From Halomonas sp. (lineage in GTDB: Bacteria; Pseudomonadota; Gammaproteobacteria; Pseudomonadales; Halomonadaceae), in contig NZ_JBDNGD010000196.1 in assembly GCF_041689495.1 (NCBI RefSeq), positions 1 to 61,132 on the forward strand: a stretch of DNA of 61,132 nt, in the 5' to 3' direction. Both the position numbers and the translations under genes were made by a program. The first letter of the stretch is position 1, and each line of letters begins with the position of its first letter. Of this stretch, positions 50,320 through 59,635 are shown piece after piece. The notes below the pieces were generated by a model. It had not been told where the DNA came from. It did no database searches and saw only the letters and a list, made by a program, of their open reading frames with translations.

Positions 50320-50997
50320 ATGGTCGATATAGTCGATGAAAACGACGCGAACTATCTCGTGAAGTACGATGATGGAAGCGTCGATATGATTTCGAAATCG
50401 CCGATGAACCGCCTCATCATGGAGCGTAATCTGTGGGGGGTGCTCAGAAGCGGCAGTGAAATCTACGAAGTGAAGCCGAAAGTTCGGCTGATTCCTGGCG
50501 AAAACGCCAGAACATTCACACTCGAACTTGGCGAGTTCGAACCGCTGCACCTCGAAGCGCACCAAAAGGCCGAACTCGTTGATGCGCTGATGAAGGGCCA
50601 CGAAAACGACGACATACAGCAGGCTCTCACCGAACTCTACGACCGGCTGCGAAACAGCGACGTGCGGGAGCGGCTGTTCTCCCGCCTCATCGAGTTCCCG
50701 CCCTTTGACGGGCACGCTGAAAGGCAAGACGGCGGCTGGTTCATCAACGACCATCTGCTGTTGACATGGGATGGTGAGTTCTACCATCCGAACACCGAGT
50801 CGAAGACTCGCTCGGGCAATATCATCGGCGATGGACAGTCCGTAATGGCATACCACGTGAATTTATCGACGTGGCAATCACAACAAGATGCGAAGCGGCA
50901 CTTTGAACTCGACGGCGTGGAGTATCGGCTCTCAGACACCGAGATGGACTTCATTGCTCGGGCAATGTGGGCCATCACCGCGGCACCAAACCAATGA
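50320..50997 (+). CDS. Hypothetical protein, probable partner of the GHKL ATPase
   Basis: Starts 2 nt after the ATPase stop. Confidence 0.65.
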   Translation: MVDIVDENDANYLVKYDDGSVDMISKSPMNRLIMERNLWGVLRSGSEIYEVKPKVRLIPGENARTFTLELGEFEPLHLEAHQKAELVDALMKGHENDDIQQALTELYDRLRNSDVRERLFSRLIEFPPFDGHAERQDGGWFINDHLLLTWDGEFYHPNTESKTRSGNIIGDGQSVMAYHVNLSTWQSQQDAKRHFELDGVEYRLSDTEMDFIARAMWAITAAPNQ

Positions 50998-51092
50998 GCA
51001 CAACTGTGGTGGGCGCTTCCTCTACTTACGAACTCATCGAAACAGACGAAGCGAGTTCCATAGAATTAATGCGCGGTGAATGCCTTCGAGTG

Positions 51093-51138
51093 ACGTAGCG
51101 GGATAGGCCCGGTTCGGGGTTCGACTCCCCGACTACGT
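51093..51138 (+). ncRNA. tRNA-half-like element
   Basis: ACGTAG / small hairpin / TCGGGG TTCGACT CCCCGA / CTACGT. Confidence 0.6.
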
Positions 51139-51189
51139 TTTGCGCCACTCGCCGGGCGCTCTGCCCAAATGACGGCGGGACAACGACCT

Positions 51190-52053
51190 ATGTTTGGAGA
51201 TAACAACGACAACGACAGCGGTAACGAGAACGAGAATGAAAGCGCCACGAGCTTCCTCGGTGGACTCTATGAGCGGTCCAAATCGCCAGAGCCAGAGCCG
51301 GTCGAGAAGTACGAAAGCAGCGCCGGTCGCTGGTCGCTTGGCAGCCACACGGCAGATGCAGGCATCGATACCGAGCAGTTAGACTCGGCTATCAATCAGG
51401 TGAAAGACCTGAACCCCGGTCTCGCTGACGTGCTGACAGCAGCGAAGAAAGGTATCTCAGAGAGTCAAGTAACCCGCTTCGAGTGCAACATCTGTGGGCT
51501 GGGCCACACGCACCAAGACCACAAGCACGACATTCGCGAAGAGTATGCGAGCAATGACCCCGGCTTCGGCGTAACCGACCAGTTCGTAGAAGAGATGGAG
51601 TTCTGCCCGTACTGTCACTGCGGGGTTAACGAACTCTCCATGCTCATCGACTTCTTCGGCTACCTCTCACAGCCAGTGTTTGAGCACGAAGACTTCGATG
51701 CAGTGTTGGGGCTGGACCCGGACTCCCTCATGAGCTACTGCCAGACGCGCCGCAACCTCGTGCTGGAGTCCGAGCCGAGTGAAGAGGTCACGAACCCACA
51801 AATCTTCGCGGAGTCTTCCATCAGCGAGGAAGAGGGCGAGTACATTCTCGACAACAGCGACGAGTTCGATGAGTTCTACAATCTGTGGATGGACATCAAG
51901 AGTGCTGCAAACGGCGCACCAATCGCCGGGGAAACCCGCGACGACATCGCTGAACTCCGTGAAATCATCGTAGAGGCAATCTCGGAAGAGTCGGAATCCG
52001 ATGAGGCCGGCGACGACTACGACCACGAAGGCTTTGTGTCCTTCTACAACTGA
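51190..52053 (+). CDS. Acidic protein with Cys/His metal-binding motifs
   Basis: CNICGLGHTH...KH and CPYCHC. Confidence 0.7.
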   Translation: MFGDNNDNDSGNENENESATSFLGGLYERSKSPEPEPVEKYESSAGRWSLGSHTADAGIDTEQLDSAINQVKDLNPGLADVLTAAKKGISESQVTRFECNICGLGHTHQDHKHDIREEYASNDPGFGVTDQFVEEMEFCPYCHCGVNELSMLIDFFGYLSQPVFEHEDFDAVLGLDPDSLMSYCQTRRNLVLESEPSEEVTNPQIFAESSISEEEGEYILDNSDEFDEFYNLWMDIKSAANGAPIAGETRDDIAELREIIVEAISEESESDEAGDDYDHEGFVSFYN

Positions 52054-52215
52054 ACCGGGGGATGCGGCTTCATCGACTCCGACACAGTAGACCGAGAGGT
52101 GTTCTTCCACATGGGAGAAGCGGACTTCGATGACATCGCAGAAGGTGACGAAGTGGCCTTCAACGTGGTGTTCGCTGATAAGGGACCGAAAACAGAAGAC
52201 TTCACCAAGCTGTAG
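52024..52215 (+). pseudogene. Cold-shock domain interrupted by an in-frame TGA
   Basis: HEGFVSFYN*TGGCGFIDSD...EVFFHM...EGDEVAF....DKGP, a CSD with RNP1/RNP2 motifs. Confidence 0.75.
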
Positions 52216-52298
52216 TCGGCGTAACAGTTAAGGCATCGTGAGTTAATTCTTTGCTGGAGAGGGCACCTCCGCCTCATCGGGTTGGGACTCGATGGGGC

Positions 52299-52340
52299 CG
52301 CACCGTTGGAGCAACCGGGGTTCGACTCCCCGGCGGTGCG
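52299..52340 (+). ncRNA. tRNA-half-like element
   Basis: CGCACCG-TTGGAGCAA-CCGGGG TTCGACT CCCCGG-CGGTGCG. Confidence 0.6.
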
Positions 52341-52366
52341 TTCCCGCGCCGATAGCGGGACACAAC

Positions 52367-52663
52367 ATGACCGAAACAAAGCGAACTTCAGAAGTGGAAC
52401 AGTATCTCACCAACCTCGATTTCGACCCGACGACTTCGGAGCACACGAACCTCGATAGCGTCCCAAAACGGGCAGAAATCAAGTTCGAGGGCGACGATTG
52501 GCCCCGAACCAACGCCGTCGAAGGCGTCACACTGGGGATGGGGACGGGAGACCAGAACGACGCCATGATGGACGAAGTGATGGCCGAAAACATTGGCGTG
52601 CGGTTCCTCATCGAGCGGGCGATGCTAGACCCCGACACCACGGTGATTCCCCGTGAACCCTGA
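52367..52663 (+). CDS. Hypothetical protein
   Basis: GCGGGACACAAC leader before the ATG. Confidence 0.6.
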   Translation: MTETKRTSEVEQYLTNLDFDPTTSEHTNLDSVPKRAEIKFEGDDWPRTNAVEGVTLGMGTGDQNDAMMDEVMAENIGVRFLIERAMLDPDTTVIPREP

Positions 52664-53114
52664 AATCGAACTCGACATTCAGCGCGGGAAAGATTTCTCC
52701 CTCAGTGACTACCCGCATCAGCCGGAGAAATACCACATCACGACGCACTTTCGCCAGCGGATGAAAGACCCAGAACGGTTCCTCTCTGGTGAAGTCATCG
52801 CCCGCACATTCACCTGTGGGGCGCTCCGAGTGAACGAGGATGGCTGTGCGGCATTCAACTGGACGCGTGGCGATGGCGTAGAATACTGGCTCCTCGCTGG
52901 GTTCCACGAAGCCGGCTACCGCATCGCCATAACAGCGTGGCCGTATCTGCGCGACCGACAGAAGGCGCTCGATAGCTACCGCTGGACGAAGGCAGAAATC
53001 GACACTATCGAAGCCTTCAACCAGAAGAAACTGCGGTACGGGCCACTTGAACACCAATACCCCGACTACATCAAGTGGTCGCAACAGAATCCACACGGAG
53101 GGCTGGTCGCATAA
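52653..53114 (+). CDS. Hypothetical protein (THFRQRM, DUF4258/RelE-like fold possible)
   Basis: T.HF.QR...R and ITAWP motifs. Confidence 0.5.
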   Translation: MNPEIELDIQRGKDFSLSDYPHQPEKYHITTHFRQRMKDPERFLSGEVIARTFTCGALRVNEDGCAAFNWTRGDGVEYWLLAGFHEAGYRIAITAWPYLRDRQKALDSYRWTKAEIDTIEAFNQKKLRYGPLEHQYPDYIKWSQQNPHGGLVA

Positions 53115-53222
53115 TCGGCAAAAAAGTTCCGAACGTAAGGTAACGCCTTCGCGGGGTTCATGACCCCGGCGTTCACTGGACGTAAGCCCGCCGCGTCCTA
53201 AAACAACGAGCGGGACACAACT

Positions 53223-54611
53223 ATGAGCAACCGAAGCACGACCCCCGACGACGTAGTACAGTTCGCCGGTCTGACAACGCACAACAACGTACAGCTTTCA
53301 GACAAAGCGCAGGAAGCTGCCTCTGGTGACCACTCTCGGCAGGGCGGGTTCTATCCCGACGAGATGCCCGAAACGAGTCTCGCAACCGCACTCCGTGACC
53401 TCGAACGCGCCGAGTCCACAGGGAATGCGTGGGAAGTCCCCGAGCAGGTCGCCGAGAACATCGACGTGGCGGCAATCAACGACGACGCACCGGATGGCAT
53501 TAGCCTGCACGAAACGCACGACGGTAGCGTCTTCGTCAGCACCGACCGCCGACAGTCCGTAGTTTCACCCGACAAGCTCACGAAGTGGGTGCAGGGTGAG
53601 TACCGACGCGACGACAACAACCAGTTCTACGACCCACTGTGGCACGTTCCATCGAACGACTACACTGTGGTTCCGCCGCTGGACTTCTACGAACCGCTCG
53701 AACAAGCACTCCGCGACGAAGACCTCGGAGATGCCGTGTTCGGTGAGATTCGGAAGTACAAAGGCGGCGGTGAAGTCCACATGGAACTGCTGTTCGACTG
53801 CTTCCGCATCGATAATCCCGACGCAATGGGACGGCAGCAGAACGACGGTGATGCCGTCGCTGACGGTGGTATCGGCGGCCACATCCTGCTCGGCATTCGA
53901 ACGGGCTACGACTTCTTCGGTGGTACGGCAATGTACGCCGAAGGATTCGCACAGGACACGTGGTGTTCGAACTCCATCCGCTCCATCACGGAGGAAAAGA
54001 CGCGCCGCCACGTCGGCGACACAAGCGAAGTGCGCGACTGGTGGGACAGCATTCTCGCCGAGATGGAACTGATGACCGACCGGCTGGCGGGCCTCATCGA
54101 GCAGGCCAACCAGATTGAACTCGACTACCTCGGCATGGAGTTCAGTGAAGTGATGGGTCACTCCGACGACCTGCTCGCGTTCTACGAGAGCGCAGGATTC
54201 CCCACGTATCTGGCCCGAGAGGCGTCCAGTCACGTTCGTTCCCGAGCAGACAACCAATTCCTCCCGACGATGTGGGAAGTCCACAGCGGGGCAACCTACG
54301 CCCTTACGCACCACTACCGCGGTGGCGAGAACACCAGCCGCAACAACGAACTGGTGCAGGTCAGCAACGACCTGCTGATGAACCCAGCGCAGGCCGTGAC
54401 CGTCGCCGAGAACAACGCCCAGCAGCGCGCCGAACAGAAGCGCCGCGCGGCGAAGGGCGAAGGTGAACTCGATGAGATGGCCTTCGCAACGAAGGTAGAG
54501 ACGTTCCGGCAGTCCATCTCCGACCAGCGCGACGAGTTCCAGACGAAGCAGGAGGAGCTTCAGTCGATGCTCGTGGGTGCTGGCGGCGAGACGGAGGCTG
54601 ACGACCAGTGA
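53223..54611 (+). CDS. DUF932-like protein
   Basis: Y.VV...F, G.D..G......A....CSN and RH.G motifs. Confidence 0.6.
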   Translation: MSNRSTTPDDVVQFAGLTTHNNVQLSDKAQEAASGDHSRQGGFYPDEMPETSLATALRDLERAESTGNAWEVPEQVAENIDVAAINDDAPDGISLHETHDGSVFVSTDRRQSVVSPDKLTKWVQGEYRRDDNNQFYDPLWHVPSNDYTVVPPLDFYEPLEQALRDEDLGDAVFGEIRKYKGGGEVHMELLFDCFRIDNPDAMGRQQNDGDAVADGGIGGHILLGIRTGYDFFGGTAMYAEGFAQDTWCSNSIRSITEEKTRRHVGDTSEVRDWWDSILAEMELMTDRLAGLIEQANQIELDYLGMEFSEVMGHSDDLLAFYESAGFPTYLAREASSHVRSRADNQFLPTMWEVHSGATYALTHHYRGGENTSRNNELVQVSNDLLMNPAQAVTVAENNAQQRAEQKRRAAKGEGELDEMAFATKVETFRQSISDQRDEFQTKQEELQSMLVGAGGETEADDQ

Positions 54612-54729
54612 ACGAGCATCTATGGCGCGAGTTCGGCGACTTCACAGTCGCGCTCGGTGTAATCAGAATCTTCATCGTGTATATCCTTCCGGCCATAGGG
54701 AAGCTGAATCTGTCACCAGAGGAAGTTCG

Positions 54730-55173
54730 ATGAGTGACGTTGACCCCGGCGAAGTCATCCGACCGACGCCGGACCAGCGCCGGGACGTTCCCGGTGACAT
54801 GGCAGGTACGCCCCTTCAGATGGTAGACAACTACGCAGTCTACACTGAACTGCCAAGCGACCGAACGGTGCCACGCTGGCTGACCATCGAAGAACACCCG
54901 GACAACCCTGAAGTGTACTCCCGAAAGTGGGTGTTTCAGGGCGTCGATGGCATCATGGTGCTGTACGAGTACATCAGGCATCGCTACGGCGAGGGCAAAG
55001 AGCCGCCGCAGGTGGACTCCCAGCGCAAGCCCTGCTGCCTGAAAATCATGCAGGATAACGGGCTTTCAACGCGGCACTGTCCCGATGAGGTCCGCGACCT
55101 CGTAGCGAGGGTGACTGACGCGCCGGTCGCTTCGCTGAACGAGTTCGACCACGGACCAACCGCCACGGAGTAA
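54730..55173 (+). CDS. Hypothetical protein
   Basis: Halophile-like ORF. Confidence 0.55.
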   Translation: MSDVDPGEVIRPTPDQRRDVPGDMAGTPLQMVDNYAVYTELPSDRTVPRWLTIEEHPDNPEVYSRKWVFQGVDGIMVLYEYIRHRYGEGKEPPQVDSQRKPCCLKIMQDNGLSTRHCPDEVRDLVARVTDAPVASLNEFDHGPTATE

Positions 55174-55312
55174 CGCTCCCACGGGGTTCACGACCCCACG
55201 GCGGCTTCCCACAGCGAGTGGGACACAACCATGAACGAAGAGCAAGTCTACGAACTATTGACCCGCGTTAGTGGAAGAGACATCACTGGGCTTGAAACCC
55301 CGAGCGCCGCCG

Positions 55313-55744
55313 ATGACTACGAAGTCTGAACGCAACCTCGAAGAAGAACTCGGGCCGTCCCCGAATCCATTCTTCGCAAAGAAAGACGAGCCGTGGAAAG
55401 ACGCGAAGGTCATGCTGAAACTGGATAAAAAGCACGACTATCAGTACGAAATCGCACACGTCCTCGGTATCAGCGCCTCGAAAGTGTCCTACTGGATGGA
55501 CAAAGCCTACGACAACTACGAGCCAGAGCCGGACGATGAGGCGCTGGAGTGTGAATACTACCCGGTGTGTGGTAACGAGACGCCGGGAGCAAGCAACGGC
55601 CTCTGCACCGAGTGTCTGGACCTGCTACGGCAGGACGACTCCGGCACTTCGAAAGAGGTGCGGAAGAACAATCCCGACTTGTCGAAGCTGAAGCTGATGA
55701 AGAAGCTCCGCGAGACGTACCCCGACCTAATCAATGGCGCTTGA
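55313..55744 (+). CDS. HTH plus zinc-finger protein
   Basis: QYEIAHVLGISASKVSYWM HTH; C....C / CxxC. Confidence 0.7.
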   Translation: MTTKSERNLEEELGPSPNPFFAKKDEPWKDAKVMLKLDKKHDYQYEIAHVLGISASKVSYWMDKAYDNYEPEPDDEALECEYYPVCGNETPGASNGLCTECLDLLRQDDSGTSKEVRKNNPDLSKLKLMKKLRETYPDLINGA

Positions 55745-56150
55745 ACACACACTACCGATTCCGCTTGATGTACCGACCGAACTGTACGAACTTCGCCCCC
55801 CACAAGACACGAACATAAACGCCTGCATTGGCGTGGCGAAGCGGCGGTTCAAAGAAGACCACGGCATCGACGGCGTGACTGCACGAAAGGTGCTCAGTTA
55901 CAACGGTCGTGTGATTATCGTGGCGACACCGAACCTCTTCCGCGACCATTACGACGGCATTGCGTTGGCTGTCACGATGGAGAACGAAGACGCGGTTCGT
56001 GACTACCTCAAAGACGGGGACGAAGACGCGCTGAACCACCTCGCTGGAAAAGCAGACGAGCAATCTGTCGGGTTTTCCAAATTCGATGAACTGCGTGAGC
56101 GGCTGGACCGCCTCATCGGATTCTTCCCCGAAGATTACACACAAGAATGA
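55734..56150 (+). CDS. Hypothetical protein
   Basis: Overlapping operon ORF. Confidence 0.5.
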   Translation: MALEHTLPIPLDVPTELYELRPPQDTNINACIGVAKRRFKEDHGIDGVTARKVLSYNGRVIIVATPNLFRDHYDGIALAVTMENEDAVRDYLKDGDEDALNHLAGKADEQSVGFSKFDELRERLDRLIGFFPEDYTQE

Positions 56151-56267
56151 GCGACGAAGACCCACCGCTGAAAATCGAGGAGAAGTGGGCGGAGTATCGG
56201 ATGGAGCAGCTATCCGATGAGGCGGAGCGCATAGCACAGGAAAAAGAGAGACTGAAGGAGCAGAAAA

Positions 56268-56561
56268 ATGACTAACGACGAACTACGAGAACTACGAGAT
56301 GACATCGTGCGGGAAATGTACGCAGAAGCAGTGCCGCCGATGGACTACGACGACCTGCGAGAAAACCCAGATGACTATCCAGAAGAATGGTATAAGAACC
56401 ACTACTTGAGCACTGAACGGTTCAGGGAAATCTACGATAAACACATCGATGAAGCGGGGATAAGCAGAAGAGAAAACACCTCACTTTCTATCGCTGTACT
56501 CGCAACCCTCGCACCGACAAGCAATCCGTACTTGGTAGATGAGGTGGAAGACGATGGTTGA
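56268..56561 (+). CDS. Hypothetical protein
   Basis: Acidic ORF with SD-like GGAG. Confidence 0.55.
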   Translation: MTNDELRELRDDIVREMYAEAVPPMDYDDLRENPDDYPEEWYKNHYLSTERFREIYDKHIDEAGISRRENTSLSIAVLATLAPTSNPYLVDEVEDDG

Positions 56562-56886
56562 TTGGGGCGGCAACTACCCTCCGGGCGCAAAGAACGACCC
56601 ACGAGCGCCGTACAACCAGCCGGCAGCAGAAGAGTGCATCGAGTGCGGTGGAACGTACACCGAAGGCGGCCACAATCCGATGGAGTGCTACGAGTGTGGT
56701 CACGGCGACTTCGAGTGCGGCGACTGGGACGAAGAACTGGGTACCGAAGTCTGCCCAGCATGCGGTTCTGAGGACATCGAACATCTCATGTGTCCCAACG
56801 CAGGGATGAACCGAGCCGACTACGAAGAAGCGAAGAAGGCAGAAGCAGCAGAGATGAAGATGGACGCAATGAGGGAAGAACGATGA
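56554..56886 (+). CDS. Multi-CxxC zinc-finger protein
   Basis: NYPPGA..DP.APYN plus CIEC, CYEC and CPAC; GAGGTG SD. Confidence 0.65.
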   Translation: MVDWGGNYPPGAKNDPRAPYNQPAAEECIECGGTYTEGGHNPMECYECGHGDFECGDWDEELGTEVCPACGSEDIEHLMCPNAGMNRADYEEAKKAEAAEMKMDAMREER

Positions 56887-56962
56887 AAGTAGATTACATC
56901 TACATGGAAGAAGAATACTGCCCAGTATGTAAAGACACGTACCTCGCAGCCTGCATGGCACC

Positions 56963-57343
56963 ATGACTTCGTATCGTATTGAAACGTTCACGCTGCACGA
57001 CTACTGCCCAGCAATCGTTCTCGACCGTGTGGTCGAAGACGTATCTCCGAACTTCCGCCTCATCGGATTGGACGACGAGATGGCGGACGTGATGTTCGCG
57101 CTCTACGATGGCGAGAAGTTCCAGCAACGATGGCACCCTGAAATTTGTGGGGTTATCGTCTCGTGGCTTCGGGACATCGTGAAGCGTGGCTACCTCTGGG
57201 TACAAACATGGGACGACAGTCACTTACCGGGCGAAGAACCCGGAGTCACAGTATGGAAAGACGACTGGGTGCAGGTAAAAATGAGCGACGAGGACGTGTC
57301 GAAACTCGATGAGGCCGCCGACTACATCGAGTCGTTGCGGTAG
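56963..57343 (+). CDS. Hypothetical protein
   Basis: Last + strand ORF of the block. Confidence 0.5.
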   Translation: MTSYRIETFTLHDYCPAIVLDRVVEDVSPNFRLIGLDDEMADVMFALYDGEKFQQRWHPEICGVIVSWLRDIVKRGYLWVQTWDDSHLPGEEPGVTVWKDDWVQVKMSDEDVSKLDEAADYIESLR

Positions 57344-57801
57344 GCCGTCATCAGGTAGCGCAAGCAGTCGCGCTCTGCGATGAGCCGACTATCGGCGAAC
57401 TGAAACACCACGTTGTACCACTTCTCCCACTCTTCGACTGTGCCTGAAATCTGGTTGGGGTAGACCTTCCGGTACTTCAGCACGTCGGAGTAGCGGTTCT
57501 GGAACTTCGACCACGGGGCTTCGATGATGACTTGAAGCTCGTCGTCCCAGTACTCAGCGCGTATAATCTCACTCTTGAATCGCTCCCGACCGTGAGTGAT
57601 AGAGTTGAGGAAGTCCGACGGCGCTTTGCGCTCCACGCCGAGTTCAGGAATGTACGTATCGTTCTCCTCGTCGTAGTCGCAGAAGCGTTCCAGCGTGTAG
57701 TCAGCGGTTTCGAGTGTCACGCTGCGGGTCTCGACGGGGTAGCCGTCGAACGTCCACGGCTTCTGCTCTCGGTTATCAACGAGGATGGCAAACACCGACA
57801 T
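57322..57801 (-). CDS. ERCC4/XPF-family nuclease
   Basis: VDNREQ, TADY, VERK...DF..SI...R and IIE motifs. Confidence 0.85.
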   Translation of the reverse strand: MSVFAILVDNREQKPWTFDGYPVETRSVTLETADYTLERFCDYDEENDTYIPELGVERKAPSDFLNSITHGRERFKSEIIRAEYWDDELQVIIEAPWSKFQNRYSDVLKYRKVYPNQISGTVEEWEKWYNVVFQFADSRLIAERDCLRYLMTAYRNDSM

Positions 57802-57803
57802 GA

Positions 57804-58292
57804 TTACAGCCCCGTCTCGCTTTTGAGTTTCATGAGTGCGCTCATTTGCATGGAGATAGAGAGGCCGAGTTCTTCACCCAGCTTGGTGAATGCTTTATCG
57901 TTGTCGCCTTTGTTGGGATGCGGCCAGTACCGCTTCCCTCGTGCATCGGCATTCGCAACGATGATGCAGATAGCGAACAAGAGTTGGTCGATGGGCTTCC
58001 CGAAGTCCGACGGCTTCACGGTGTCCAGAATCGAGCGACCGCGCTGCTTCTGGTACTTCGTGAGTTCGAGTTGGGAGGCGATGGAGTCGTACCGATGCAG
58101 GTTATCCTGTCGGTACATCATTTCTTTGTTCTCACGGCGTGGTCCGTTCCACATTCCCGTGTTGTACGAACGGAATTTGCGGAACTTCTGACGCTCGTGA
58201 GGCAGTGCGTCTTTGGGTTCGATTTTGGTGGCGTTCTCGGTGTCCGAAGTCAGGACATCGGGAGGTTGCTTCTCGTTAACGTGTTCGACCAT
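57804..58292 (-). CDS. Hypothetical protein, possible cyclin/TFB-like helical domain
   Basis: SIASQLEL...Q...LLFAICIIV pattern. Confidence 0.5.
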   Translation of the reverse strand: MVEHVNEKQPPDVLTSDTENATKIEPKDALPHERQKFRKFRSYNTGMWNGPRRENKEMMYRQDNLHRYDSIASQLELTKYQKQRGRSILDTVKPSDFGKPIDQLLFAICIIVANADARGKRYWPHPNKGDNDKAFTKLGEELGLSISMQMSALMKLKSETGL

Positions 58293-58441
58293 AAAGGGGA
58301 CTGAAGACAAGAGACGCGAACCAGTAGCTATCGAAAGCAGAAGCGAAATCGCGGTGGAGGGAGGCGCGAAGAATAGCCACGGCTCGCTGGTAGGCTTGCC
58401 CTCACTAAACAATTAACGCGCATTGACTTAAATCTTTGGGT

Positions 58442-58987
58442 ATGACAGACGAAAGACTCAATAGACCGAGCAACGAACGAACCGACATGCAACCAACCGA
58501 CATAGCACACCTCGCTGGCATCTTTGACGCATCGGGTACAATCACCGTCCACATCTCAGAGGAAGAGAGCTACGCAATCGGCTACCGATACAAGCCCATG
58601 CTTCGCATGCACCGTCCACCGTGGGACGGCCCGCTGATGGGGAAACTGGACGAATACTGCGAAGAGAACCACGTGCGCTACTGGGTAAACGACGACGAGC
58701 GCGAAGCTGACGAGTCCTACGAGTTCGTCGTGACAGACCCGCATAGTATCGTGAACTTCCTCGACCCGATGCTGGAGTATTTCGTCACGAAGTACGAACC
58801 AAGCATCGTGATGGGCGACATCCTCGCTGGAGTAGCAGAGGATAAGCACAAGACGAAGGCGGGGTTGATAGAACTCGCGGAGAAAGCCGATGAGCTTCGC
58901 GAATACTCACGTCACGGACCCGATTCAAAACATACTGCGGAGTATTTTCGGAGCCTCTGGAAAAACGAGACGAACGGCATCTCATAG
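58442..58987 (+). CDS. Free-standing LAGLIDADG homing-endonuclease-like protein
   Basis: HLAGIFDASGTITV motif; FLDPM.EY...K. Confidence 0.75.
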   Translation: MTDERLNRPSNERTDMQPTDIAHLAGIFDASGTITVHISEEESYAIGYRYKPMLRMHRPPWDGPLMGKLDEYCEENHVRYWVNDDEREADESYEFVVTDPHSIVNFLDPMLEYFVTKYEPSIVMGDILAGVAEDKHKTKAGLIELAEKADELREYSRHGPDSKHTAEYFRSLWKNETNGIS

Positions 58988-59461
58988 AGTCCGACGCTTC
59001 GTAGACGGCATCGTAGCATCGCCTTCGACCACGTGAATGATGTTCTCGTTCTCATCGAGATGCACGATAGGACAGTCCACCGGGTCGATGAACTCGTCGC
59101 GGTCCTTCGGATGGTTTCGACGCCCGACTAACTGCCCGAAGTGAATCGCGACACCTTCCTTCCCGTTGAAGACCTGCGTGCAGTACGGGCATTGTCGCGC
59201 CACGTCTTCGCTGGCTCTGCTCTCTGGGTAGTTGACACTGACTCGGCGCGTGCCAGCAGTCTCGGCCTCATCGAGTTCCAGCCCGTCCGGCATCTCGTTC
59301 TACGGCCCGTGTGCCTCATCGCTCTTCCGAAGAACGTGGAGGTAAAGGCCGCGAGCGAGCTTCTCTTCCCCGCAGATTCGACCGTCTGGGTACTTCGCGG
59401 GGCAAAGCACCGTGCGCTCATCGTTGCTGTGATTCGTTGTGTCCGCAGTGGTTGGGCACAT
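58982..59461 (-). pseudogene. Double C2H2 zinc-finger gene split by an in-frame TAG at 59300-59302
   Basis: CP...C....RGLYLHV.....HGP*NEMPDG...CPYC...F.....IH......H, all in one frame. Confidence 0.55.
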
Positions 59462-59605
59462 GTCCCTGACGCAAAGAATGCGCCATGCAGCATTAGTTGT
59501 TTCGTACCTAAATTCGAATTTCGGCGAGTTAAGCTCAGTAAACAACGATTAATGGACTTTAGGACACGCCAAAGAACAATTTCACCGGATGATTTCAATC
59601 GGTGG

Positions 59606-59618
59606 AGTTAAGTCATTG
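59606..59618 (+). promoter_or_regulatory. Putative promoter for the structured RNA cluster
   Basis: Identical to 721-733 but followed by no ORF. Confidence 0.5.
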
Positions 59619-59635
59619 GCCTCGAATTGTATAGT

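Noticed and set aside
52051-52053. Selenocysteine at the TGA in the cold-shock domain
   Set aside because: The position is not a Cys/redox site in cold-shock proteins, and haloarchaea are not known to use Sec.
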